64,000 nucleotides of DNA from positions 2,542,001 through 2,606,000 of the forward strand of contig OZ024751.1 in NCBI GenBank assembly GCA_964016885.1, written 5' to 3'. This stretch comes from Eledone cirrhosa (Eukaryota). A program made the translations under genes and the position numbers. This document shows, piece after piece, positions 1 to 13,335 of this stretch (within the stretch, counting starts at the first letter, position 1; each line of letters starts with the position of its first letter). The notes below the pieces were generated by a model. The model ran no database searches and had not been told where the DNA came from. It saw only the letters and a program-made list of their open reading frames with translations.

Positions 1-1489
1 TGTTGAACTGTCATGTTGAATCTTCTCTGTTGAACTCTCATATTGAACATTCTCTGTTGAGCTGTCATTCTGAACCTTCTCTGTTTAACTGTCATCTTGA
101 ACCTTCTCTGTTTAACTGTCATATTGAACTTTCTCCGTTGAACTGTCATGCTGAACCTTCCCCGTTCAACCGTCATGCTGAACCTTCCCTGTTGAACTGT
201 CATGTTGAACCTTCTCTGTTTAACTCTTATATTGAACCATCCCTGTTGAACTGTCATATTGACCCTTCTCTGGTGAACTGTCATGTTGGACCTTCTCTGT
301 TTAACTGTCATATAGAACCTTCTCTTTTTAACTGTCATGTTGGACCTTCTCTGTTTAACTGTCATATAGAACCTTCTCTTTTTAACTGTCATATTGAACC
401 TTCTCTGTTGAACTGTCATATTGAACCTTCCCTGTTGAACTGTCATGTTGAACCTTCTCTGTTTAACTGTCATATTGAACCTTCTCTGTTGAACTGTCAT
501 ATTGAACCTTCGCTGTTGAACTGTCATGTTGGACCTTCTCTGTTGAACTGTCATATTGAACTTTCTCTGTTGAACTGTCATGCTGAATCTTCCCTGTTGA
601 ACAGTCATGCTGAACCTTCCCTGTTTAACTGTCATATTGAACCTTCTCTGTTGAACTGTCATGTTGGACCTTCTCTGTTTAACTATCATATTGAACCTTC
701 TCTGTTTAACTATCATATTGAACTTTCTCTGTTGAACTGACATGCTGAACCTTCCCTGTTGAACTGTCATGTTGAACCTTCTCTGTTGAACTTTCATATT
801 GAACCTTCTCTGTTGAACTGTTGTATTGAACCTTCCCTGTTGAACTGTCATGTTGGACATTCCCTGTTTAACTCACATATTGAATCTTCCCTGTTGAACT
901 GTCATATTGAACGTTCCCTGTTGAAATGTCATGCTGAAACTTCCATGTTGAACTGTCATGTTGAACCTTCTCTGTTTAACTGTCATGCTGAACCTTCTCT
1001 GTTGAACTGTCATATTGAACTTTCTCTGTTGAACTGTCATGCTGAATCTTCCCTGTTGAACTGTCATGCTGAACCTTCCCTGTTTAACTATCATATTGAA
1101 CTTTCTCCGTTGAACTGTCATGCTGAACATTCCCTGTTGAACTGTCATATTGAACGTTCTCTGTTGAACTGTCATGCTGAACCTTCCCTGTTGAACTATC
1201 ATATTGAACCTTCTCTGTTGAACTGTCATGTTGGACGTTCTCTGTTTAACTGTCATATGGAACCTTCTCTGTTTAACTGTCATATTGAACCTTCTCTGTT
1301 GAACTGTCATATTGAACCTTCTCTGTAGAACTGTCATATTGAACCTTCTCTGTTTAACTGTCATATTGCACTTTCTCTGTTGAACTGTCATACTGAACCT
1401 TCTATGTTGAACTGTCATATTGAAACTTCCCTGTTGAACTGTCATGTTGAACCTTCTCTGATTAACTGTCATATTGAACATTCTCTGTT

Positions 1490-1860
1490 GAACTGTCATG
1501 CTGAACCTTCCTTGTTGAACTGTATTATTGAACATTCTCTGTTGAACTGTCATGCTGAACCATCCATGTTGAACTGTATTACTGAACTTTCTCTGTTGAA
1601 CTGTCATATTGAACCTTCCCTGTTGAACTGTCATGTTGAACCTTCTCTGTTTAACTGTCATATTGAACTTTCTCTGTTGAACTGTCATGCTGAACCTTCT
1701 CTGTTGAACTGTCATGCTGAACCTTCCTTGTTGAACTGTATTATTGAACATTCTCTGTTGAACTGTCATGCTGAACCATCCATGTTGAACTGTATTACTG
1801 AACTTTCTCTGTTGAACTGTCATATTGAACCTTCCCTGTTGAACTGTCATGTTGAACCTT
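1490..1860. repeat. Local higher-order duplication, 216-bp period (8 monomers)
   Basis: The rare string tgtattattgaacattc...ccatccatgttgaactgtattactgaac occurs at 1521 and 1737 (offset 216). Confidence 0.9.
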
Positions 1861-4800
1861 CTGTTTAACTGTCATATTGAACATTCTCGGTTGAACTGTC
1901 ATGCTGAACCTTCCTTGTTGAACTGTCATGTTGAACCTTCTCTGTTGAACTGTCATATTGAACCTTCTCTGTTGAACTGTCATGTTGGACCTTCTCTATT
2001 GAACTGTCATATTTAACCTTCTCTGTTGAACTGTCATATTGGACCTTCTGTGTTGAACTGTCATATTGAACAATCTGTGTTGAACTGTCATGCTGAATCT
2101 TCCCTGTTGAAGTGTCATATTGAACCTTCCCTGTTTAACTGTCATATTGAACTTTCTCTGTTCAACTATCATGCTGAACCTTCCCTGTTGAACTGTCATA
2201 TTGAACCGTCTCTGTTGAACAGTCATTCTGAACCTTCCCTGTTGAACTGTCATATTGAACTTTCTCTGTTGAACTATCATATTGAACTTTCTCTGTTGAA
2301 CTGTCATGCTGAACCTTCCCTGTTGAACTGTTATGGTGAACCTTCTCTGTTGAACTGTCATACTGAACCTTCTCTGTTGAACCGTCGTATTGAAACTTCC
2401 TTGTTGAACTGTCATGTTGGACCTTCCCTGTTTTCCTCTCAAATTGAACCATCCCTGTTGAACTGTCATGTTTAACTTTCCCTGTTGAACTGACATACTG
2501 AACCTTCCCTTTTGAAATGTCATGCTGAACCTTCCCTTTTGAAATGTCATGCTGAACTTTCTCTGTTGAACTGTCATGCTGAAGCTTCCCTGTTGAACTG
2601 TCATGCTGAACCCCCCTGTTTAACTGTCATATTGAACATTCTCTGTTGAACTGTCATGCTGAACCTTCGCTGTTGAACTATCATACGGAACTTTCTGTGT
2701 TGAACAGTCATACTGAACTTTCTATGTTGAACTGTCATGTTGGACCTTCTCTGTTGAACTGTCATGTTGGACCTTCTCTGTTGAACTGTCATATTGAATC
2801 TTCTCTGTAGAACTGTCATATTGAACCTATTTGTTTAACTGTGATATTGAACTTTCTCTGTTGAACTGTCATACTGAACCTTCTCTGTTGAACTGTCATG
2901 TTGAACATTCTCTGTTGAACTGTCCTGCTGAAGCTTCCCTATTGAACTGTCATATTGAACCTTCTCTGTTGAACTGTCATGTTGGATCTTCTCTGTTTAA
3001 CTGTCATATTGAACCTTCTCTGTTGAACTGTCATATTGAACCTTCTCTGTTGAACTGTCATGTTGGACTTTCTCTGTTGAACTGTCATATTGAACTTTCT
3101 CTGTTGAACTGTCATGCTGAATCTTCCCTGTTGAACTGTCATGCTGAACCTTCCCTGTTGAACTGTCATATTGAACCTTCTCTGTTGAACTGTCATGTTG
3201 GACCTTCTCTGTATAACTATCATATTGAACCTTCTCTGTTTAACTATCATATTGAACTTTCTCTGTTGAACTGACATGCTGAAACTTCCCTGTTGAACTG
3301 TCATGTTGAACCTTCACTGTTGAACTGTCGTATTGAACCTTCCCTGTTGAACTGTCATGTTGGACATTCCCTGTTTAACTCTCATATTGAACCTTCCCTG
3401 TTGAACTGTCATATTGAACGTTCCCTGTTGAACTGTCATGCTGAAACTTCCATGTTGAACTGTCATGTTGAACCTTCTCTGTTTAACTGTCATGCTGAAC
3501 CTTCTCTGTTGAACTGTCATATTGAACTTTCTCGGTTGAACTGTCATGCTGAATCTTCCCTGTTGAACTGTCATGCTGAACCTTCCCTGTTTAACTATCA
3601 TATTGAACTTTCTCTGTTGAACCATCATGCTGAACATTCCTTGTTGAACTGTCATATTGAACTTTCTCTGTTGAACTGTCATGCTGAACCTTCCCTGTTG
3701 AACTATCATATTGAACCTTCTCTGTTGAACTGTCATGTTGGACGTTCTCTGTTTAACTGTCATATTGAACCTTCTCTGTTTAACTGTCATATTGAACCTT
3801 CTCTGTTGAACTGTCATATTGAACCTTATCTGTTGAACTGTCATGTTGGACCTTCTCTGTTGAACTGTCATATTGAACCTTCTCTGTAGAACTGTCATAT
3901 TGAACCTTCTCTGTTGACCTGTCATATTGAACCTTCCCTGTTTAACTGTCATGCTGAATGTTCCCTGTTGACCTGTCATGTTGGACCTTCTCTGTGTAAC
4001 TGTGATATTGAACTTCCTCTGTTGAACTGTCATGCTGAACCTTCCCTGTTGAACTGTCATATTGAACCTTCTCTGTCGAACTGTCATGCTGAACCTTCCC
4101 TGTTGAAAACTCATACTGAACCTTCTCTGTTTAACTGTCATATTGAACCTTCTCTGTTGAACTGTCATATTGAACCTTCCCTGTTGAACAGTCATGTTGA
4201 ACCTTCATTGTTTAACTGTCATATTGAACATTCTCTGTTTAACTGTCATGCTGAAACTTCCTTGTTGAACTGTCATGTTGAACCTTCTCTGTTGAACTGT
4301 CATATTGAACCTTATCTGTTGAACTGTCATGTTGGACCTTCTCTGTTGAACTGTCATACTGAACATTCTCTGTTGAACTGTCATATTGAAACTTCCCTGT
4401 TGAACTGTCATTTTGGACCTTCCCTGTTTAACTGTCATGCTGAACCTTCCCTGTTGAACTGTCATGCTGAACCTTCCCTGTTTAACTGTAATACTGAACC
4501 TTCTATGTTGAACTGACATGCTGAACATTCCCTGTTGAACTGTCATGTTGGACCTTCTCTGTTTAACTGTCATATTGAACTTTCTCTGTTGAACTGTCAT
4601 GCTGAACCTTCCTTGTTGAACTGTCATGTTGAACCTTCTCTGTTGAACTGTCATATTGAACCTTCTCTGTTGAACTGTCATGTTGGACCTTCTCTGTTGA
4701 ACCGTCATATTGAACCTTCTTTGTTTAACTGTCATATTGAACTTTCTCTGTTGAACTGTATTATTGTACATTCTCTGTTGAACTGTCCTGCTGAACTTTC

Positions 4801-7800
4801 GCTGTTGAACTGTTATATTGAACCTTCTCTGTTAAACTGTCATGTTGGACCTTCTCTGTTTAACTGTCATATTGAACCTTCTCTGTTTAACTCTCATATT
4901 GAACTTTCTCTGTTGAACTGTCATGCAGAACCTTCCCTGTTGAACTGTCATATTGAACCTTCTCTGTTGAACTGTCATGCTGAACCTTCCCTGTTGAACT
5001 ATCATGTTGGACCTTCTCTGTTTAACTGTCATATAGAACCTTCTCTTTTTAACTGTCATTTTGAACCTTCTCTGTTGAACTGTCATATTGAACCTTCCCT
5101 GTTGAACTGTCATGTTGAACCTTCTCTGTTTAACTGTCATATTGAACATTCTCTGTTGAACTGTCATGCTGAACCTTCCTTGTTGAACTGTCATGTTGAA
5201 CCTTCTCTATTGAACTGTCATATTGAACCTTCGCTATTGAACTGTCATGTTGGACCTTCTCTGCTGAACTGTCATATTGACCTTCTCTGTAGAACTGTCA
5301 TATTGAACTTTCTCTGTTTAACTGTCATATTGAACTTTCTCTGTTGAACTGTCATACTGAACCTTCTCTGTTGAATGGTCATATTGAACTTTCCCTGTTG
5401 AACTGTCAGGCTGAACCTTCTATGTTGAACTGTCATGCTGAACCTTCCCTGTTGAACTGTCATATTGAACCTTCTCTGTTGAACTGCCATGTTGGACCTT
5501 CTCTGTTTAACTGTCATATTGAACCTTCTCTGTTTAACTGTCATATTGAACTTTCTCTGTTGAACTGTCATGCTGAACCTTCCTTGTTGAACTGTCATGC
5601 TGAACCTTCCCTGTTGAACTGTCATATAGAACCTTCCCTGTTGAACTGTCATGTTGAACCTTCCCTGTTGAACTATCATATTAAACCTTCTCTGTTGAAC
5701 TGTCATGTTGGAACTTCGCTGTTGAACTGTCATGCTGAACCTTCTCTGCTTAACTGTCATATAGAAATTTCTCTGTTGAACTGTCATGCTGAACCTTCTC
5801 TGATGAACTCTCATATTGAACATTCTCTGTTGAGCTGTCATTCTGAACCTTCTCTGTTTAACTGTCATATTGAACCTTCTCTGTTTAACTATCATATTGA
5901 ACTTTCTCCGTTGAACTGTCATGCTGAACCTTCCCCGTTGAACTGTCATGCTGAACCTTCCCTGTTTAACTGTCATATTGAACTTTCTCTGTTCAACCGT
6001 CATGCTGAACCTTCCCTGTTGAACTGTCATGTTGAACCTTCTCTGTTTAACTCTCATATTGAACCATCCCTATTGAACTGTCATATTGAACTTTCACTGT
6101 TGAACTGTCATGCTGAACATTCTCTGTTGAACTGTCATGCTGAACCTTCCCTGTTGAACTGTTATATTGAACCTTCTCTATTGAACTGTCATGTTGGACC
6201 TTCTCTGTTTAACTGTCATATTGACCCTTCTCTGGTGAACTGTCATGTTGGACCTCTTCTGTTTAACTGTCATATAGAACCTTCTCTTTTTAACTGTCAT
6301 ATTGAACCTTCTCTGTTGAACTGTCATATTGAACCTTCCCTGTTGAACTGTCATGTTGAACCTTCTATGTTTAACTGTCATATTGAACCTTCTCTGTTGA
6401 ACTGTCATGCTGAACCTTCCTTGTTGAACTGTCATGTTGAACCTTCTCTATTGAACTGTCATATTGAACCTTCTCTATTGAACTGTCATGTTGGACCTTC
6501 TCTGCTGAACTGTCATATTGAACCTTCCCTGTTGACCTTTCATGTTGGACCTTCTCTGTGTAACTGTCATATTGAACTTTCTCTGTTGAACTGTCATGCT
6601 GAACCTCCCTGTTGAACTGTCATATTGAACCTTCTCTATTGAACTGTCATGCTGAACCTTCCCTGTTGAACTATCATATTGAACCTTCTCTGTCGAACTG
6701 TCATGTTGGACCTACTCTGTTTAACTGTCTTATTGATCCTTCACTGTTTAACTGTCATATTGAACATTCTCTGTTTAACTGTCATGCTGAACCTTCGCTG
6801 TTGAACTGTCATGCTGAACCTTCCTTGTTTAACTGTCATATTGAATTTTCTACGTTGAACTGTCATGCTGAACCTTCCCTGTTGAACTATCATATTGAAT
6901 CTTCTCTGTTGAACTGTCATGTTGGACCTTCGCAGTTGAAATGTCATGCTGAACCTTCTCTGATGAACTGTCATATTGAACATTCTCTGTTGAACTGTCA
7001 TGCTGAACCTTCCCTGTTGAACTGTCATGTTGAATCTTCTCTGTTGAACTGTCATATTGAAAATTCTCTGTTGAGCTGTCATTCTGAACCTTCTCTGTTT
7101 AACTGTCATATTGAACCTTCTCTGTTTAACTGTCATATTGAACTTTCTCTGTTGAACTGTCATGCTGAACCTTCCCTGTTGAACTGTCATGCTGAACCTT
7201 CCCTGTTTAACTGTCATATTGAAATTTCTCTGTTCAACTGTCATGCTGAACCTTCCCTGTTGAACTGTCATGTTGAACCTTCTCTGTTTAACTCTCATAT
7301 TGAACCATCCCTGTTGAACTGTCATATTGAACTTTCCCTGTTGAACTGTCATGCTGAACCTTCCCTGTTGAACAGTCATGCTGAATCTTCCCTGTTTAAC
7401 TGTCATGCTGAACCTTCTCTGTTGAACTGTCATGTTGGACCGTCTCTGTTTAACTGTCATATTGAATCTTCTCTGTTTAACTATCATATTGAACTTTCTC
7501 TTTTGAACTGTCATGCTGAACCTTCTCTGTTGAACTGTCATGTTGAATCTTCTCTGTTGAACTGTCATATTGAACCTTCTCTGTTGAACTGTCATGTTGG
7601 ACCTTCCCTGTTGAACTGTCATGCTGAAGCTTCCCTGTTGAACTGTCATGCTGAACCTTCCCTGTTGAACTATCATATTGAACTTACTCTGTTGAACTGT
7701 CATTTTGAACCTACTCTGTTGAACTGTAATGCTGAACCTTCTCTGTTGAACTGTCATGCTGAACCTTCCTTGTTGAACTGTCATATTGAACATTCTCTTT

Positions 7801-8449
7801 TGAACTGTCATGTTGGACCTTCTCTGTTGAACTGTCATATTGAACCTTCTCTGTTGAACTGTCATGTTCGACCTTCCCTGTTTAACTGTCATATTGAACC
7901 TTCTCTGTTTAACTGTCATATTGAACTTTCTCTGTTGAACTGTCATGCTGAAGCTTCCCTGTTGAACTTTCATGCTGAACCTTCCCTGTTTAACTGTCAT
8001 ATTGAAATTTCTCTGTTCAACTGTCATGCTGGACCTTCCCTGTTGAACTATCATATTGAACTTTCTCTGTTGAACTGTCATGTTGAACCTACTCTGTTAA
8101 ACTGTCATGCTGAACCTTTTCTGTTGAACTGTGATGCTGAATCTTCCCTGTTGAACTGTTATGCTGAACCTTCCCTGTTTAATTGTCATATTGAACTTTC
8201 TCTGTTGAACTGTCAAGAAGCTGAAACTTCCCCGTTGAACTGTCATATTGAACTTTCTCTGTTGAACTGTCATGCTGAACCTTCCCTGTTGAACTATCAT
8301 ATTAAACTTTCTCTGTTGAACTGTCATGTTGAACCTACTCTGTTGAAATGTCATGCTGAACCTTCTCTGTGGAACTGTCATGCTGAACCTTCCCTGTTGA
8401 ACTGTCATGTTGCACTTTCTCTGTTGAACTGTCATATTGAACTTTCTCT

Positions 8450-8790
8450 GTTGAACTGTCATGCTGAACCTTCTCCGTTGAACTGTCATATTGAACCTTC
8501 CCTGTTGGACTGTCATGTTGAACTTTCTCTGTTTAACTGTCATATTGGAAATTCTGTTGAACTGTCATGCCGAACCATCCTTGTTGAACTGTCATGCTGA
8601 ACCTTCTCTGTTGAACTGTCATATTGAACCTTCCCTGTTGGACTGTCATGTTGAACTTTCTCTGTTTAACTGTCATATTGGAAATTCTCTGTTGAACTGT
8701 CATGCCGAACCATCCTTGTTGAACTGTCATGCTGAACCTTCTCTGTTGAACTGTCATATTGAACCTTCCCTGTTGGACTGTCATGTTGGA
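8450..8790. repeat. Local higher-order repeat of 5 monomers (133/135 bp), about 2.5 copies
   Basis: Markers ctgttggactg, attggaaattct and catgccgaaccatcc recur at offsets 133 and 135; the first copy has a 2-bp deletion in the CT run. Confidence 0.9.
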
Positions 8791-11700
8791 CCTTCCCTGT
8801 TTAACTGTCATATTGAACCTTCTCTGTTAAACTGTCATATTGAACTTTCTCTGTTGAACTGTCATGCTGAAGCTTCTCTGTTGAACTTTCATGCTGAACC
8901 TTCCCTGTTTAACTGTCATATTGAACTTTCTCTGTTGAACTGTCATGCTGAACCTTCCCTGTTGAACTATCATATTGAACTCTCTCTGTTGAACTGTCAT
9001 GTTGAACCTACTCTGTTAAACTGTCATGCTGAACCTTTTCTGTTGAACTGTCATGCTCAAACTTCCCTGTTGAACTGTCATGTTGGACCTTCTCTGTTTA
9101 ACTGTCATATTGAACTTTCTCTGTTGAACTGTCATGCTGAACCTTCCTTGTTGAACTGCAATGTTGAACCTTCTCTGTTGAACTGTCATATTGAACCTTC
9201 TCTTTTGAACTGTCATGTTGGAGCTTCTCTGTTGAACTGTCATATTGAACCTTCTCTGTAGAACTGTCATATTGAACCTTCTTTGTTTAACTGTGATATT
9301 GAACTTTCTCTGTTGAACTGTCATACTGAACCTTCTATGTTGAACTGTCATATTGAACATTCTCTGTTGAGCTGTCATGCTGAACCTTCTGTTTAACTGT
9401 CATATTGAACCTTCTCTGTTGAACTGTCATATTGAACTTTCTCTGTTGAACTGTCATGCTGAACCTTCCCTGTTGAACTATCATATTGAACTTTCTCTGT
9501 TGAACTGTCATGTTGAATCTACTCTGTTGAACTGTCATGCTGAACCATCCCTGTTTAACTGTCATATTGAACTTTCTCTGTTCAACTGTCATGCTGAACC
9601 TTCCCTGTTGAACTGTCATGTTGAACCATCCCTGTTGAATTGTCATGTTGGACCTTCTCTGTTTAACTGTCATGTTGGACCGTCTCTGTTTAACTGTCAT
9701 ATTGAACCTTCTCTGTTTAACTATCATATTGAACCTTCTCTGTTGAACTGTCATGCTGAACCTTCCCTGTTGAACTGTCATACTGAACCTTCCCTGTTTA
9801 ACTGTCATGCTGAACCTTCTCTGTTGAACTGTCATATTGAACATTCTCTGTTGAACTGTGATGCTGAATCTTCCCTGTTGAACTGTCATGCTGAACCTTC
9901 GTTGTTAAATTGTCATATTGAACTTTCTCTGTTGAACTGTCATGCTGAAATTTCCCTGTTGAACTGTCATATTAAACCTTCTCTTTTGAACTGTCATGCT
10001 GAACCTTCCCTGTTGAACTATCATATTGAACCTTCTCTGTTGAACTGTCATGTTGGACCGTCTCTGTTTAACTGTCATATTGAACCTTCGCTGTTTAACT
10101 ATCATATTGAACATTCTCTGTTGAACTGTCCTGCTGAACCTTCCCTGTTGAACTGTCATATTGAACCTTCTTTGTTGAACTGTCATGTTGGACCTTCCCT
10201 GTTTAACTGTCATGTTGAACCTTCTCTGTTTAACTGTCATATTGAACTTTCTCTGTTGAACTGTCATGCTGAAGCTTCCCTGTTGAACTGTCATGCTGAA
10301 ACTTCCCTGTTTAACTGTCATATTGAACTTCCTCTGTTGAACCGTCATGCTGAACCTTCCCTGTTGAACTATCATATTGAACTTTGTCTGTTGAACTGTC
10401 ATGTTGAACCTACTCTGTTGAAATGTCATGCTGATCCTACTCTGTTGAACCGTCATGCTGAACCTTCCCTGTTGAACTGTCATGTTGCACCTTCTCTGTT
10501 GAACTGTCATATTGAACTTTCTCTGTTGAACTGTCATGCTGAACCTTCTTTGTTGAACTGTCATATTGGAAATTCTCTGTTGAACTGTCATATTGAACCT
10601 TCACTGTGGAACTGTCATGTTCGACCTTCTCTGTAGAACTGTCATATTGAACCTTCTATGTTTAACTGTCATATTGAACCTTCTCTGTTGAACTATCATA
10701 CTGAACCTTCTCTGTTGAACAGTTGTATTGAAGCTTCCCTGTTTAACTCTCATATTGAACCATCCCTGTTGAACTGTCATATTGAACTTTCCCTGTTGAA
10801 CTGTCATGCTGAACCTTCCCTGTTTAACTGTCATATTGAACTTTCTCTCTTGACATGTGATGCTCTAATCTTCCCCGTTGAACTGTATGCTGAACCTTCC
10901 CTGTTTAATTGTCATATTGAACTTTCCCTGTTGCACTGTCATGCTGAACCTTCCCTGTTGAACTGTCATATTGAACCTTCTCTGTTGAACTGTCATGCTG
11001 AACCTTCCTTGTTGAACTATCATATTGAACCTTCTCTGTTTAACTGTCATATTGAACCTTCTCTGTTTAACTATCATATTGAACTTTCTCTGTTGAACTG
11101 TCATGCTGAACCTTCCCTGTTGAACTGTCATGTTGAATATTCTCTGTTGAACTGTCATATTGAACCTTCTCAGTTGAACTGTCATGTTGGATCTTCCTTG
11201 TTTAACTGTCATATTGAACCTTCTCTGTTTAACTGTCATATTGAACTTTCTCTGTTGAACTGTCATGTTGAATCTACTCTGTTGAACTGTCATGCTGAAC
11301 CATCCCTGTTTAACTGTCATATTGAACTTTCTCTGTTCAACTGTCATGCTGAACCTTCCCTGTTGAACTGTCATGTTGAACCTTCCCTGTTGAACTGTCA
11401 TGTTGGACCTTCTCTGTTTAACTGTCTTGTTGGACCGTCTCTGTTTAACTGTCATATTGAACCTTCTCTGTTTAACTATCATATTGAACCTTCTCTGTTG
11501 AACTGTCATGCTGAACCTTCCCTATTGAAATGTTATCTTGAATCTTCTCTGTTGAACTGTCATATTGAACCTTCTCAGTTGAACTGTCATGTTGGACCTT
11601 CCTTGTTTAACTGTCATGCTGAACCTTCCCTGTTTAACTGTCATATTGAACTTTCTCTGTTGAACTGTCATGCTGAACATTCTCTGTTGAACTATCATAT

Positions 11701-13004
11701 TGAACTTTCTCTGTTGAACTGTCATGTTGAATCTACTCTGTTGAACTGTCATGCTGAACCATCCCTGTTTAACTGTCATATTGAACTTTCTATGTTGAAC
11801 TGTCATGCTGAACCTTCCCTGTTGAACTGTCATGTTGAACCTTCCCTGTTGAACTGTCATGTTGGATCTTCTCTGTTTAACTGTCATATTGAACCTTCTC
11901 TGTTTAACTGTCATATTGAACTTTCTCTGTTGAACTGTCATGCTGAACCTTCTTTGTTGAACTCTCATGCTGAACCTTCCCTGTTGAACTGTCATGTTGG
12001 ACCTTCTCTGTTTAACTGTCATATTGAACTTTCTCTGTTGAACTGTCATGCTGAACCTTCCTTGTTGAACTGTCATGTTGAACCTTCTTTTTTGAACTGT
12101 CATATTGAACCTTCTCTTTTGAACTGTCATGTTGGACCTTCTCTGTTGAACTGTCATATTGAAGCTACTCTGTAGAACTGTCATATTGAACCTTGTTTGT
12201 TTAACTGTGATATTGAACTTTCTCTGTTGAACTGTCATACTAAACTTTCTCTGTTGAACTATCATATTGAACATTCTCTGTTGAGCTGTCAGGCTGAACC
12301 TTCTCTGTTTAACTGTCATATCGAACCTTCTCTGTTTTACTGTCATATTGAACTTTCTCTGTTGAACTGTCATGCTGAACCTTCCCTGTGGAACTGTCAT
12401 GTTGAATCTTCTCAGTTGAACTGTCATATTGAACATTTTCTGTTGAGCGGTCATGCTGAACCTTCTCTGTTTAACTGTCATATTGAACCTTCTCTGTTTA
12501 ACTGTCATATTGAACTTTCTCTGTTGAACTGTAATTCTGAACCTTCCCTGTTGAACTGTATGCTGAACCTTCCCTGTTTAACTGTCATATTGAACTTTCT
12601 CTGTTCAACTGTCATGCTTAACCTTTCCTGTTGAACTGTCATGTTGAACCTTCTCTGTTGAACAGTCATACTGACCTTTCTATGTTGAACAGTCGTATTG
12701 AACCTTCCCTGTTGAACTGTCATGTTGGACCGTCCCTGTTTAACTCTCATATTGAACCGTCCCTGTTGAACTGTCATATTGAACTTTCTCTGTTGAACTG
12801 TCATGCTGAACCTTCCCTGTTGAACTGTCATGCTGAACCTTCCCTGTTTAACTGTCATGCTGAATCTTCCCTGTTGAACTGTCATGCTGAACCTTCCCTG
12901 TTTAATTGTCATATTGAACTCTCTCTGTTGAACTGTCATGCTGAGCCTTCCCTGTTGAACTATCATATTGAACCTTCTCTGTTGAACTGTCATACTGAAC
13001 CTTC

Positions 13005-13335
13005 CCTGTTGAACTATCATATTGAACCTTCTCTGTTGAACTGTCATGTTGGACCGTCTCTGTTTCAATGTCATATTGAACCTTCCCTGTTTAACTGTCA
13101 TATTGAACCTTCTCTGTTGAACAGTCATATTGAACTTTCTCTGTTGAACTATCATGCTGAAGCTTCCCTGTTGAACTATCATATTGAACCTTCTCTGTTG
13201 AACTGTCATGTTGGACCGTCTCTGTTTCAATGTCATATTGAACCTTCCCTGTTTAACTGTCATATTGAACCTTCTCTGTTGAACAGTCATATTGAACTTT
13301 CTCTGTTGAACTATCATGCTGAAGCTTCCCTGTTG
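13005..13335. repeat. Local duplication, 162-bp period (6 monomers)
   Basis: Marker tgtttcaatg at 13061 and 13223, with the same flanking monomer order. Confidence 0.9.
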
